Shown piece after piece: positions 23,058 through 31,846 of a DNA stretch of 32,000 bases. Within the stretch, counting starts at the first letter, position 1. Every line of letters starts with the position of its first letter. A program made the position numbers and the translations under genes. Source of the stretch: an archaeon (GTDB taxonomy: Archaea; Iainarchaeota; Iainarchaeia; Iainarchaeales; JANQMZ01). The notes under the pieces were generated by a model that ran no database searches, was not told the DNA's origin, and saw nothing but the letters and a program-made list of their open reading frames with translations. The stretch lies in contig JANQMZ010000007.1 in assembly GCA_028279805.1 (NCBI GenBank), positions 150,001 through 182,000 on the forward strand, in the 5' to 3' direction.

Positions 23058-25454
23058 ATGAAAAGGTTAATCCTGACTTTAATTTGTTTAATTTTATTGT
23101 TTTCAAGTGTTTTTGGATGGTGGAATGCAAGCTGGGAGTTCAGGCAGCCTTTAACCCTTTCAACTTCAACTCTTTCCAATGATGTTTTAAACGACCATTC
23201 TATTTTGGTTAAAGTTGATTCAACAAACACGGATTTTTGGAACAGTGTTAAAAGTGATGGAAAAGATGTTCGTTTTGTTGCTGCAAACGATTTAACTGAA
23301 TTAACTTATCATATTGAAAAATTTGATTATTTTGGACAGGAAATGATTGCATGGGTTAAGGTAACCGATACTTTCAGTTCTGTTTCCAATACAAACATTT
23401 TCATGTATTATGGCAATCCCAACGCTTTTGGAAATGAAAATGAAGCCGGAACTTATCCTGCTTATTATAAAGCTGTTTACAATTTCAATGAAAATTCCGG
23501 AACAATTTTGGACAAAACTTCCAATAACAATGATTCAATTTTACAGGAAATTAATGCTTACCAGGTTAACGGCAAAATGAATGGAGCTGTTCAAACAATA
23601 GCTTCATCAAACCATGCCACTGTTCCCGATTCAAATTCTTTGGATTTGGGTTCAAACGGTTCCATTTCTTTTTGGATAAATTTTGGTTCAGATTTTCCTT
23701 CAGGGCATTCCTCTGACATTTATTTGATTGAAAAAGACGGTCCCCCTTTATCTTCAAACATTTTGATTTTTCAAAAAAGCAACGGAAAACTTGGATTTTT
23801 GCTTGGAAACGCATATGATTATTCAAGCAAAAGTTTGTGGACCGGCGGAACCTGGCATAACATAATTTTAACATGGGACGGCGTGTCCAAAAAAGCTTAT
23901 GTAAATGCTTCAATAAACGATGGCTTTGATGTGGCAAGCGGGGATTCCTGGAAAACAAATCTTGCAGATTTAACAATTTTTAATAACAGTAATAAAAACA
24001 GAAGCGGTTCGGCGGACCATGATGAAATAAGATTTTATAATATTGCATTAAATTCTGATGAAGTAAGCCTGTTATACAAATCTGAAAACAATAGCCTGAT
24101 TTCTTTTGGAAACCAGGAATCTTCAGGCGGAAGTGCACCTCCCTCTGGTGACCAAAACATTTGGGTTACATTTGTTTCCGATTCAGGAAGCACAACAGTT
24201 GATGTTCCGGAAGACACTTTAACTGTTGCAGGAGGAGATGGTATAAGCACAAGCATTTCCGGTGACACTTTAACAATTACCAATACAGCTTTAAGTGCAG
24301 GTGTTGCAGGAATTTTTGCCGGGCTTGGAATTGACCTTAATGCCAACACCGGTGACGTTTTGGTTTCAGTCAGCAACATTGTTGCATTGTTGTCAGGCAG
24401 GGCAGGAGGACAACACTTGTATGGCGGCATTAATGCCGGTGAAAATTTAACTCTTGAAAGCACTGCTAATGCCAGCAAAGGCTTAATCAATTTATTAGAT
24501 AATACAAGAATTGGTTGTAATGGTGATGCCAACAGTGCATCCCTTGTAACCTGTGGCGAACTAAAATCAGAGTCAGACACAGGGGGCTTAACCGTTTCTC
24601 CAAATGCTGCCGGTGCTGGAAATCCGGGAATTTTTTCTTATCTGGGCAACAGTCTGCATTTTGGTGCCAATAATTCCACATCCGGCTTGGTTTTGAATGC
24701 TGATAATGATGTTGGAATTGGCGGCATTGGTGCTTTTGCTGATGCAAAGCTTCATGTTGTTGAGGATAGCGTCAACAAACTTGTTTTGAAGGCTGTTAAG
24801 AATGTTGCAAATTCTTTTGTTCCTGTTGTTCAGATGTCGCAAAGCAATTCAAACGGCAACACTGAGGTTTTGGAACTGGTGCAGAATGATTCTGATGAAC
24901 CTTTTGTTGAATTTGTTGGCTCTAAAGGCAATGCAGCTTCAATTGACACTAACATTGATAAAAGACTTGCTTACATGTTAAAAACCACAATTGAATCCAA
25001 CAGCATTGAAGAATCTGTTTATTTGCCTGTTTATGGGGACGGGCATGAGGATCCTGACAATGTCATTGAGTCAGAGGTTTCTCAAAGCAGCGGCTTTTCA
25101 ACAAATTCTTTGGTTTTTGTTGATGTTACAAATCCTGCCGGCTTTGATTTAAACATTCCTAAAAAGAGCACGGTTATTCTGAATGCAATGGTTACCCATT
25201 TCAATAATGTTGGCGGAACAAATAATTTTTTCAGGTGGAAGCTTGGAAATAATGAATCTGTCAGCGTTGCACAGGAAACAATTCCACAGTTTAACCAGGT
25301 TACCACGACTTATGTTCAGGCAATTTTCAAAAACATTGAACCCGGCATTTACAATGCCAAACTTCAAATGAAAGTAAGCGGCGGAACAGGCATAATCGCC
25401 TTTTCCACCAACGATTCAGTAGCCCAGTTAACAGCGGTAACATATGAAGAATAA
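23058..25454 (+). CDS. Large secreted protein: signal peptide, DUF2341, LamG/concanavalin-like domain, and a shared ~430-aa C-terminal module
   Basis: The ATG at 23058 gives the signal MKRLILTLICLILLFSSVFG. WWNASWEFRQPLTL...DGKDVRFV...AWVKV...IFMYYGNPNA matches the DUF2341 pattern. A LamG-like region follows (ISFWINF...WHNIILTWDG...DEIRFYN). The C-terminal module (24162-25454) is homologous to 29909-31192. Confidence 0.85.
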   Translation: MKRLILTLICLILLFSSVFGWWNASWEFRQPLTLSTSTLSNDVLNDHSILVKVDSTNTDFWNSVKSDGKDVRFVAANDLTELTYHIEKFDYFGQEMIAWVKVTDTFSSVSNTNIFMYYGNPNAFGNENEAGTYPAYYKAVYNFNENSGTILDKTSNNNDSILQEINAYQVNGKMNGAVQTIASSNHATVPDSNSLDLGSNGSISFWINFGSDFPSGHSSDIYLIEKDGPPLSSNILIFQKSNGKLGFLLGNAYDYSSKSLWTGGTWHNIILTWDGVSKKAYVNASINDGFDVASGDSWKTNLADLTIFNNSNKNRSGSADHDEIRFYNIALNSDEVSLLYKSENNSLISFGNQESSGGSAPPSGDQNIWVTFVSDSGSTTVDVPEDTLTVAGGDGISTSISGDTLTITNTALSAGVAGIFAGLGIDLNANTGDVLVSVSNIVALLSGRAGGQHLYGGINAGENLTLESTANASKGLINLLDNTRIGCNGDANSASLVTCGELKSESDTGGLTVSPNAAGAGNPGIFSYLGNSLHFGANNSTSGLVLNADNDVGIGGIGAFADAKLHVVEDSVNKLVLKAVKNVANSFVPVVQMSQSNSNGNTEVLELVQNDSDEPFVEFVGSKGNAASIDTNIDKRLAYMLKTTIESNSIEESVYLPVYGDGHEDPDNVIESEVSQSSGFSTNSLVFVDVTNPAGFDLNIPKKSTVILNAMVTHFNNVGGTNNFFRWKLGNNESVSVAQETIPQFNQVTTTYVQAIFKNIEPGIYNAKLQMKVSGGTGIIAFSTNDSVAQLTAVTYEE

Positions 25455-25487
25455 TGGAGAATTAAAAAAAATAGGAGTTGATAGGGA

Positions 25488-26243
25488 ATGAAAAAAAATA
25501 TTTTGCTAATATTGATTTTGATTTTACTAAGTTCTTTTTCATTCGCATCTGAAGATATTTCGGAATCTATGAAAAAACCAAGTGAACCGATAGAAATTAA
25601 GCAGATAGTTAAGGAAACAGGTCCTTTGCCGGAGCATATTGACCCTAATTTCACTTTGGAACAAATTCATAGAATGCTAGAAGGATTTTTGGCGGATAGA
25701 GGAATCATCAGCGATGAAACCGTTTTTTATGATTTGGGTCTTAACGAGATAAATTTAATTGATTCTATAAAACTTGAACGTTCTTTTGATGAGTCGGAAT
25801 ATATAATGCGTCCGATATATTTGTTTGTTTTTGTAATAAAGAATGATAATGCAAATTCTGTTTCTTATGAATTATTTTCAGGGGATTTTGATGGTTTGAC
25901 TGGAGAAAATATTCGTTTTGATAAACCTATAAAAACAATCTTTTACAACTTGAAAACAAAGGATGATGTAGTTGAATTAATGAAAGATAGATTTGGTTTT
26001 TCTGAAAACGAAATAAAAGTCAGTTTGGTTTATTATACATCTAGTTGGAGAGTGAAAGTTGATGCTGGTAGCTATGAAGTTTATGATAATGGGTTAATAG
26101 ATGGTCCTTATAAGGCTCAAACAACTGGTTCCTCAAGCACTTCGGTAAGACAAGCACCGCGAACAGTAGCATCATATTATCCGTTAATTTTTGGATTTAT
26201 AATAATTGTAATAGGTTTGTTTTTTCTGGTGAGAAAAAAATGA
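25488..26243 (+). CDS. Small bitopic membrane protein with two PepSY-like repeats (signal peptide plus C-terminal TM anchor)
   Basis: It has the signal MKKNILLILILILLSSFSFA and the C-terminal anchor YYPLIFGFIIIVIGLFFLVRKK. Two segments end in PepSY-like motifs (YELFSGDFDGLTGENI and WRVKVDAGSYEVYDNGLI). Its stop overlaps the protease start (ATGA at 26240-26243). Confidence 0.6.
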   Translation: MKKNILLILILILLSSFSFASEDISESMKKPSEPIEIKQIVKETGPLPEHIDPNFTLEQIHRMLEGFLADRGIISDETVFYDLGLNEINLIDSIKLERSFDESEYIMRPIYLFVFVIKNDNANSVSYELFSGDFDGLTGENIRFDKPIKTIFYNLKTKDDVVELMKDRFGFSENEIKVSLVYYTSSWRVKVDAGSYEVYDNGLIDGPYKAQTTGSSSTSVRQAPRTVASYYPLIFGFIIIVIGLFFLVRKK

Positions 26244-29200
26244 AAAAGCATTATGTATTTTTTTTTCTTGCACTAATTTTTTCCTTTGCTTTAGTTGGAT
26301 CTGACATAAATAATTCAGAAAATAACACTTACAAGCTTCAAGAAAGAAGCTATTTGACAATGCTTTCACCTAGCAATGAAATGGAAATGCATCCCGACCC
26401 TTCCTTCGAAATAAAATTATTAAATGGATTTTTTATCCCTAAAGCTGGTGTTGGGATAGATATAACCAATATTGAAAAAGAAAATACTGGAGAAGAAATT
26501 TATGCTTTGGTTCAATTTCAAAGAGGCTTGATTGATTCTGATGCCCATGATTTTCTTGAGAATCAAAATTCTTTAGAATTGGGCCGTGTTCCTGACAATA
26601 CCTATGTTATCAAAATCCCAATCAACAATCTGAAAAATTTTTTTGAAAGTTATCTGATTAGATGGATCAATATTCTTCAACCAGAACAGAAAATCCATCC
26701 GAATATAGCTGAACAAGATGAATCCTTGGAAGTTTTGGTCACAGCATTTGAAAACATGACTCAAGATCAAATAGAAAAAATTTCTGTTTTGTCAGAAGAA
26801 GTGATTTTTGATGGAAAAGACTCTGAATCAATTCTTGTGAAAGCCACTTATTCAAATATTTTTAAAATTGCCAAGTTGAACTTTATTCAATGGATTTCAC
26901 CTAGAGGAACAGGTAAAACATCTCTAGACAACAGTGCAAGAGTTATCTCAGTTCCTTATGTCTGGTCTCAGGGAAATACTGCTTCCGATGTCACTGTTGG
27001 GATAATAGATTCTGGACTTGATTTTGATCATCCACACTTTTTTAATCCAACTATTCCAATCTACAAATCTAAGGATTGGGTTGATGGGGGAATGAATCCA
27101 GAGGATGAACAGGTGCATGGTACCCTTATGGCTGGAACTATTTCTGGATCTGGTAGTAGTTCTTCAAGCTCAAGATATTATAAAGGCATTTCAAATAGAG
27201 CAGCTTTGACAATAGAAAAGGCTTTCGATAGTCATGATGACTGGGTAGCACCACATCCTGCTTTAAATCCTGTTTGGAATTGGATATTGGATCCTAATCA
27301 AAATTTTAGTTTTAATGATAATCAAGATGCAGATATAATAAACAATAGTTGGGCACATTATTTTACTTATGGTGCCTATGAGCAAGCGTCTCAAAAAGTT
27401 GATAAAGTTGTTAGAGGAGAATTATCAAATGGAAAAAAAATTGTAGTTGTTTTTGGTTCAGGAAATGATCATGCAATTTCTAATGGGGCTGGAGTTGAAC
27501 CCCCCGCCACTGCAAAAAATGCTATAACTGTTGGTGCCAGTGCTGATTTCAGATCTTCAACTGAAGAATCTCAATATTCTCAGGATTTTTGTCCGCCTGA
27601 TTCACGCTGTAACTACGACAGTTTGAATGGATATGTAATGGAATATAGTGGAAGGGGCACTCTTGATGGAAGAGTCAAACCAGACATTTTAGCTCCAGGA
27701 TCCACCACTTTTGGTCCAGTAGCTCAAACTACAGTATATGCTTCTGGTGATGGAACAAGTGCTGCTGCTGCGCATGTTTCTGCTGTAGCTGCTCAAATCT
27801 TGCAAGCATATTCAACGGCATCACCTGCCTTGGTGAAGGCTCTTCTTGTCAACAATGCAGTGGGAGCTGGAACAACAGACAACAAGAATTATGATGAAGG
27901 ATGGGGGAGACTAAGCGCATTTGAATCAATTTACTGGTTAACGGATGATTACACCGCCACGTTCAACGAATTTAATCTTGGTGGACCAGGTACAGGATTA
28001 AGCAATGAAGGATATCTCGAAAGATATGTTCCTGCAGATGCAGACAGAATTGTTGTTACAATGGCTTATGATGATGAACCGTCATTTCTTTTGGGTTCTG
28101 TTCCAACTCTTAAAAACAATATTGATTTGTATTTGCAGAAACCCAATGGGTCTCAGTTGTATGTTAACGATGATTCTGTGAATAATGTTGAAAAATATGT
28201 GATTGATGATCCTGATGAAGGGAATTGGAGATTTTATGTAAAATTTGTTAATCCACAATGGTTAAGTACTCAAGATGCGGCGATGAACCTAAAAATTATT
28301 AGGAAAACTCAGCCATCTTCAACAGATATTTTGAGTACTTCTGGTCCAATTAATGTTGATCAAGGAGAAAATTTCAAAATTACTGCGAATGTTCATGCTG
28401 TTGGATTGGTTAACTATGATATGTGGACAAGAATAGATGTTCCAAATGGACTAACCTTGACTTTGCCTGGTTTTTATGACAGTATGGATGGGGATAAAAA
28501 TGTGCTAGGTGATATCCCTGCAGATGTTTTTGTGAATACTGGTGATTGGGTTATAAGAGCTGATGATCCTGGGACTTATAATGTTAGAATTTATGCACAG
28601 GGAAAAAGAAAAGATGGATCAAATATTTTTGAAGTTGATACAACAGTTGTGAATGTAAATCCAACAGAAAAAGACCCTGGAGATTTATGTTCTTCACATT
28701 CTGAGTGTGGAACTGGTTATTGTGAGGGTTCTGCTTCAAATCCTGCAAGATGTTGTGTTGCGGTTCCTCCACAAGATGGTTGGTATGGAGGAGGCAATAC
28801 GAGTACAGCGCAATGTGGTGTTGTTGATAATGATGCTGCATCTATTTACAGGGATTATTATTGTGATGCTTCCGGTTCTGCTCAAATAGAGCCAACAGAT
28901 GCCCAGGATTGTGATTCAAGTGATGGTTGGTATGGTGGTGGAAATACTGCTGGTTGTGGTGATGACCCTTCGTCAATTTGGAGAGATTATTATGTAACAA
29001 CCAATGACAACACTTGCACTTATACTGAATCTTGTAATGGAAACAATTCTTTTGATTGTGATGCCCAGGATGCTTGTGCTCCTTATTGCAGCGGTAATAC
29101 TGCAATTTTTGGAACGGATTATTATGTTGTTGAAAATACCAACACGTGCACTTCAATTGAAGAGAGTGAGGATTGTACTGTAAAAGATTCAACTGATTCT

Positions 29201-31192
29201 GATGGTGGAAACATTCCTTTAACTTTTGGAAGTGTTTTGGATTATGATGCTTGTTCTAATGGTGGCTGTATTGGAACCCAGCATGATGATGTTTGCACAA
29301 CTTCAACTGATTTAACTGAATTTTTTGATCAGGGAACTTCTTTTTCATCTCAGGCTTATTCTTGTAATGATTTTGAAACATTGGCTGTTGATCCGGATGG
29401 GGATGATCCAAGTGTTAATGCTACTTGTATTGGTGGAACAAGTGCAACTTGTTCTGTTGGAAAATTTGATGCAGTTGTTCAGGCAAACGGAACAGACCAA
29501 TGCCAGGGAACTTGTGGTTTGGGTGAAAATTCCTGTTCCTTTGTAGAATTTTATGTGGCAGATTCAGCTGATGCTTGCACCGGTTTGGATTCTTGTGCCC
29601 AAAAAACTTATGATGCTGATACAGCTGAAAACACTTGCAATACTTGTCTGGGTTCAAATCATTGGAATATTGGCGGAGAGGTTTCATCATCCTGTTGTGG
29701 AGATGATGCAAGTGAATACAAGAATACAAGAGTTTGTGTTGTTAATGTTTGTTCTACTGATAATGGTGATGGTGCTTGTTGCCTTTCAAACAATAGTTGT
29801 GTTTACAATAACACTTGTTATGCGGATGGTTTCAGGGGTGATGTTGATTTGGATACAAACCAGGAATTTTGTAATAATGGCATCTGGTCTGAGCCTCCGA
29901 AAGATGTTTGGAAAACTTTTTTGGCTGATTCAGGGAGTGCAAGTGCTGATATTACAGAGGATGTTTTAAGTGTTTTAAGCGGTGCAGGAATTTCTACAAG
30001 CATTGTTGGTGATGTTTTAACTGTTACCAATACTGTGCTGAATGGAGAAGACTTGGATGGAGTTAGTGCTTTGTTTGGCGGAATAGGAATTGACGTTAAT
30101 CCAAACAAAGGCGATGTAACTGTTTCAATTGCTGATGTTGTTGCTTTGCTGTCCGGGAGAAGCGGCGGACAAACCTTAAGCGGGGGAATTAATGCTGGTG
30201 AAAACCTGAATCTGGAAAGCACCAGTGATTCAACAAAAGGCCTGATTAATTTGTTGGATGATGTGAGGGTTGATTGTTCTGGTGATGCAAACGTTGCCGA
30301 TTTGACTGCTTGCGGAACTTTGCGATGGGAATCAGCTCAGAGTGGTTTGATAGTTTCTCCTGTTCTTGAAGGTGCTGGCAAACCGGGAATAATCACTTAT
30401 TTGGATAATGAATTGTATTTGGGAGCAAATTCTGCAACCGGTTTAATCATTAATGAGTTTAATGATGTTATTGTTGGCAGTGCAACTCCTTTAACCGGTT
30501 CAAAGCTTAATGTTATTGATAATTTGTCAAATAAAATTGCTTTAAAATTAGCCAAAGACATTTCAAATGCTGTTGTTCCTGTTGTTCAAATCAGGCAGGA
30601 TAACCCGAATGCCGGTTCAAATGTTTTGAATTTGGTGCAAAATGATTCAGATGAATCCTTTATGAAATTCACTGGTTCAAAAGGAAATGTTTTGTCAATT
30701 GATTCTAATTTGGATAAAAAAATAACTTACATGCTTAAAACGGAAATGGAGTCCGGTGTAAGTGAAAATGTTTTTGTTCCTGTTTTTGTTGATGCTGCTG
30801 ATTCAAAAAATGTTACTGGTTTTAGTAATGCAACCGGAAACTTTTCAACTGTTTCAACTCAATTTGTTGATGTAACCAATCCGGCTGATTTTAATATTAC
30901 TTTGACAAAGAAAAGCACTGTTATTTTGACTGCAATGATTCCTCACACCAATACTGTAACCAATTCCTTTAATCGTTTCAGATGGGTTTTTGGAAATAAT
31001 ACTTCTTCAAGCATGTCTCAAAAAATGCATGGTGCTGTTTATACAACCAGAGTTCCCGGAATTTTTAAAAATGTTGAACCGGGAACTTATAATGTAAAAC
31101 TGCAAATGGAAGTAAGTGCAGGAACGGGAATAATTGGTTACACTCCTGGCAATTCTGTTGCTCAATTGATTGCAGTAAGCTATGAGGAATAA
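26240..31192 (+). CDS. Giant secreted subtilisin-like (S8) protease with propeptide-like N-region, P-domain-like and beta-sandwich regions, a Cys-rich repeat region, and the shared C-terminal module
   Basis: It has the signal MKKHYVFFFLALIFSFALVG. The catalytic triad contexts are VGIIDSGLD (Asp codon at 27008), HGTLMAGTI (His codon at 27115) and GDGTSAAAAHVSAVAAQ (Ser codon at 27758). NIDLYL..P.G...NNVEKYVI...GNWRFYV resembles a P-domain. About 38 Cys fall in 28672-29908. The module at 29909-31192 is homologous to 24162-25454. Confidence 0.9.
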   Translation: MKKHYVFFFLALIFSFALVGSDINNSENNTYKLQERSYLTMLSPSNEMEMHPDPSFEIKLLNGFFIPKAGVGIDITNIEKENTGEEIYALVQFQRGLIDSDAHDFLENQNSLELGRVPDNTYVIKIPINNLKNFFESYLIRWINILQPEQKIHPNIAEQDESLEVLVTAFENMTQDQIEKISVLSEEVIFDGKDSESILVKATYSNIFKIAKLNFIQWISPRGTGKTSLDNSARVISVPYVWSQGNTASDVTVGIIDSGLDFDHPHFFNPTIPIYKSKDWVDGGMNPEDEQVHGTLMAGTISGSGSSSSSSRYYKGISNRAALTIEKAFDSHDDWVAPHPALNPVWNWILDPNQNFSFNDNQDADIINNSWAHYFTYGAYEQASQKVDKVVRGELSNGKKIVVVFGSGNDHAISNGAGVEPPATAKNAITVGASADFRSSTEESQYSQDFCPPDSRCNYDSLNGYVMEYSGRGTLDGRVKPDILAPGSTTFGPVAQTTVYASGDGTSAAAAHVSAVAAQILQAYSTASPALVKALLVNNAVGAGTTDNKNYDEGWGRLSAFESIYWLTDDYTATFNEFNLGGPGTGLSNEGYLERYVPADADRIVVTMAYDDEPSFLLGSVPTLKNNIDLYLQKPNGSQLYVNDDSVNNVEKYVIDDPDEGNWRFYVKFVNPQWLSTQDAAMNLKIIRKTQPSSTDILSTSGPINVDQGENFKITANVHAVGLVNYDMWTRIDVPNGLTLTLPGFYDSMDGDKNVLGDIPADVFVNTGDWVIRADDPGTYNVRIYAQGKRKDGSNIFEVDTTVVNVNPTEKDPGDLCSSHSECGTGYCEGSASNPARCCVAVPPQDGWYGGGNTSTAQCGVVDNDAASIYRDYYCDASGSAQIEPTDAQDCDSSDGWYGGGNTAGCGDDPSSIWRDYYVTTNDNTCTYTESCNGNNSFDCDAQDACAPYCSGNTAIFGTDYYVVENTNTCTSIEESEDCTVKDSTDSDGGNIPLTFGSVLDYDACSNGGCIGTQHDDVCTTSTDLTEFFDQGTSFSSQAYSCNDFETLAVDPDGDDPSVNATCIGGTSATCSVGKFDAVVQANGTDQCQGTCGLGENSCSFVEFYVADSADACTGLDSCAQKTYDADTAENTCNTCLGSNHWNIGGEVSSSCCGDDASEYKNTRVCVVNVCSTDNGDGACCLSNNSCVYNNTCYADGFRGDVDLDTNQEFCNNGIWSEPPKDVWKTFLADSGSASADITEDVLSVLSGAGISTSIVGDVLTVTNTVLNGEDLDGVSALFGGIGIDVNPNKGDVTVSIADVVALLSGRSGGQTLSGGINAGENLNLESTSDSTKGLINLLDDVRVDCSGDANVADLTACGTLRWESAQSGLIVSPVLEGAGKPGIITYLDNELYLGANSATGLIINEFNDVIVGSATPLTGSKLNVIDNLSNKIALKLAKDISNAVVPVVQIRQDNPNAGSNVLNLVQNDSDESFMKFTGSKGNVLSIDSNLDKKITYMLKTEMESGVSENVFVPVFVDAADSKNVTGFSNATGNFSTVSTQFVDVTNPADFNITLTKKSTVILTAMIPHTNTVTNSFNRFRWVFGNNTSSSMSQKMHGAVYTTRVPGIFKNVEPGTYNVKLQMEVSAGTGIIGYTPGNSVAQLIAVSYEE

Positions 31193-31258
31193 TAAACTTG
31201 TTTGGTTTTAACCGAACAAAATACTATTATTTAAAAACTTCAAAAACAGGGTTTTAGT

Positions 31259-31693
31259 ATGAAGAGAGTTTTGTTAATCTTAGGTTTGATTATTTTAGTT
31301 GGCTTTGTTTATGGAGCAGAAATGATTCGAGATACTGGAGAAAACGATTTGAGTCCTTATTACCGTGTTTCCGGAAGCCCTTATCTTCGCCTTCCAGAAA
31401 GCATGAAAAACTGGCCTGCTGTTTCATTACCTGAACTTGAAGAGCTTCCAGAAGAAAGTGATCCTGGAGAAGTTGTTGAATACAATGCGCTAACTAAAAA
31501 AGTTGTTAGATATCCTATAAAAGAAAATTTGTCAAATAATAATTCTAATTCCTCTTCATATCTTGGTTTGTTGTCTTTAGCTTTTCGGGAGAATCAACAA
31601 CTAATCGCTTCTGAAATTTTGTTTTCGTCATTTGTTTTTGCTGGTACTTTGGGTGTGGTAATATTTTTTGGAAAAAGTTTTTGGTTGCTTTAG
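31259..31693 (+). CDS. Small bitopic membrane protein (signal peptide plus C-terminal TM anchor)
   Basis: 144 aa. It has the signal MKRVLLILGLIILVGFVYG, an acidic/Pro-rich middle and the C-terminal helix ILFSSFVFAGTLGVVIFFG. It occupies the same position relative to the protease that 25488-26243 occupies relative to the LamG protein. Confidence 0.5.
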   Translation: MKRVLLILGLIILVGFVYGAEMIRDTGENDLSPYYRVSGSPYLRLPESMKNWPAVSLPELEELPEESDPGEVVEYNALTKKVVRYPIKENLSNNNSNSSSYLGLLSLAFRENQQLIASEILFSSFVFAGTLGVVIFFGKSFWLL

Positions 31694-31846
31694 GTTTCTG
31701 GCTTGTTTTGTTTTTTTCTTGGCATTAATATTTTTTGAAAGCATTGGTCACTACATAATATCTTTATAAAATTGACTGAATTCTTTAACAATAACCTTAA
31801 CTGAATGTTTTTCTTTAACACTTCTGAGTGATTTTTTTTATAAAGT

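Noticed and set aside
24035-24580. 181-aa minus-strand ORF inside the first shared C-terminal module, with a counterpart at 29818-30222 in the second
   Set aside because: The antisense frame is open in both copies simply because the sense strands are paralogous and rich in GNN/ANN codons. Neither ORF has a ribosome-binding site or recognisable motifs.
28584-29729. His/Gln/Asn-rich ORFs on both strands within the Cys-rich region of the protease
   Set aside because: These are shadow frames of a compositionally biased (Gly/Asp/Cys/Asn) coding region. The long plus-strand frame is continuous from the protease domain through to the shared module.
7476-31192. A link between the RimK-like ligase and the -YEE C-termini of the two giant proteins (RimK extends Glu-ending termini)
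   Set aside because: The giant proteins carry signal peptides and are exported, whereas RimK-type ligases are cytoplasmic. The genes are 13 kb or more apart. The shared EE ending is explained by paralogy of the module.
22913-31219. Shared AACCGAACAAAAT hairpins at 22913-22938 and 31198-31219, flanking the surface-protein cluster, as att-like island borders
   Set aside because: The exact match is only 13 nt. With about 5x10^8 position pairs in 32 kb and about 6.7x10^7 possible 13-mers, chance matches are expected, and more so in AT-rich DNA. Both hairpins sit just after stop codons and look like ordinary terminators. No integrase or tRNA lies nearby.
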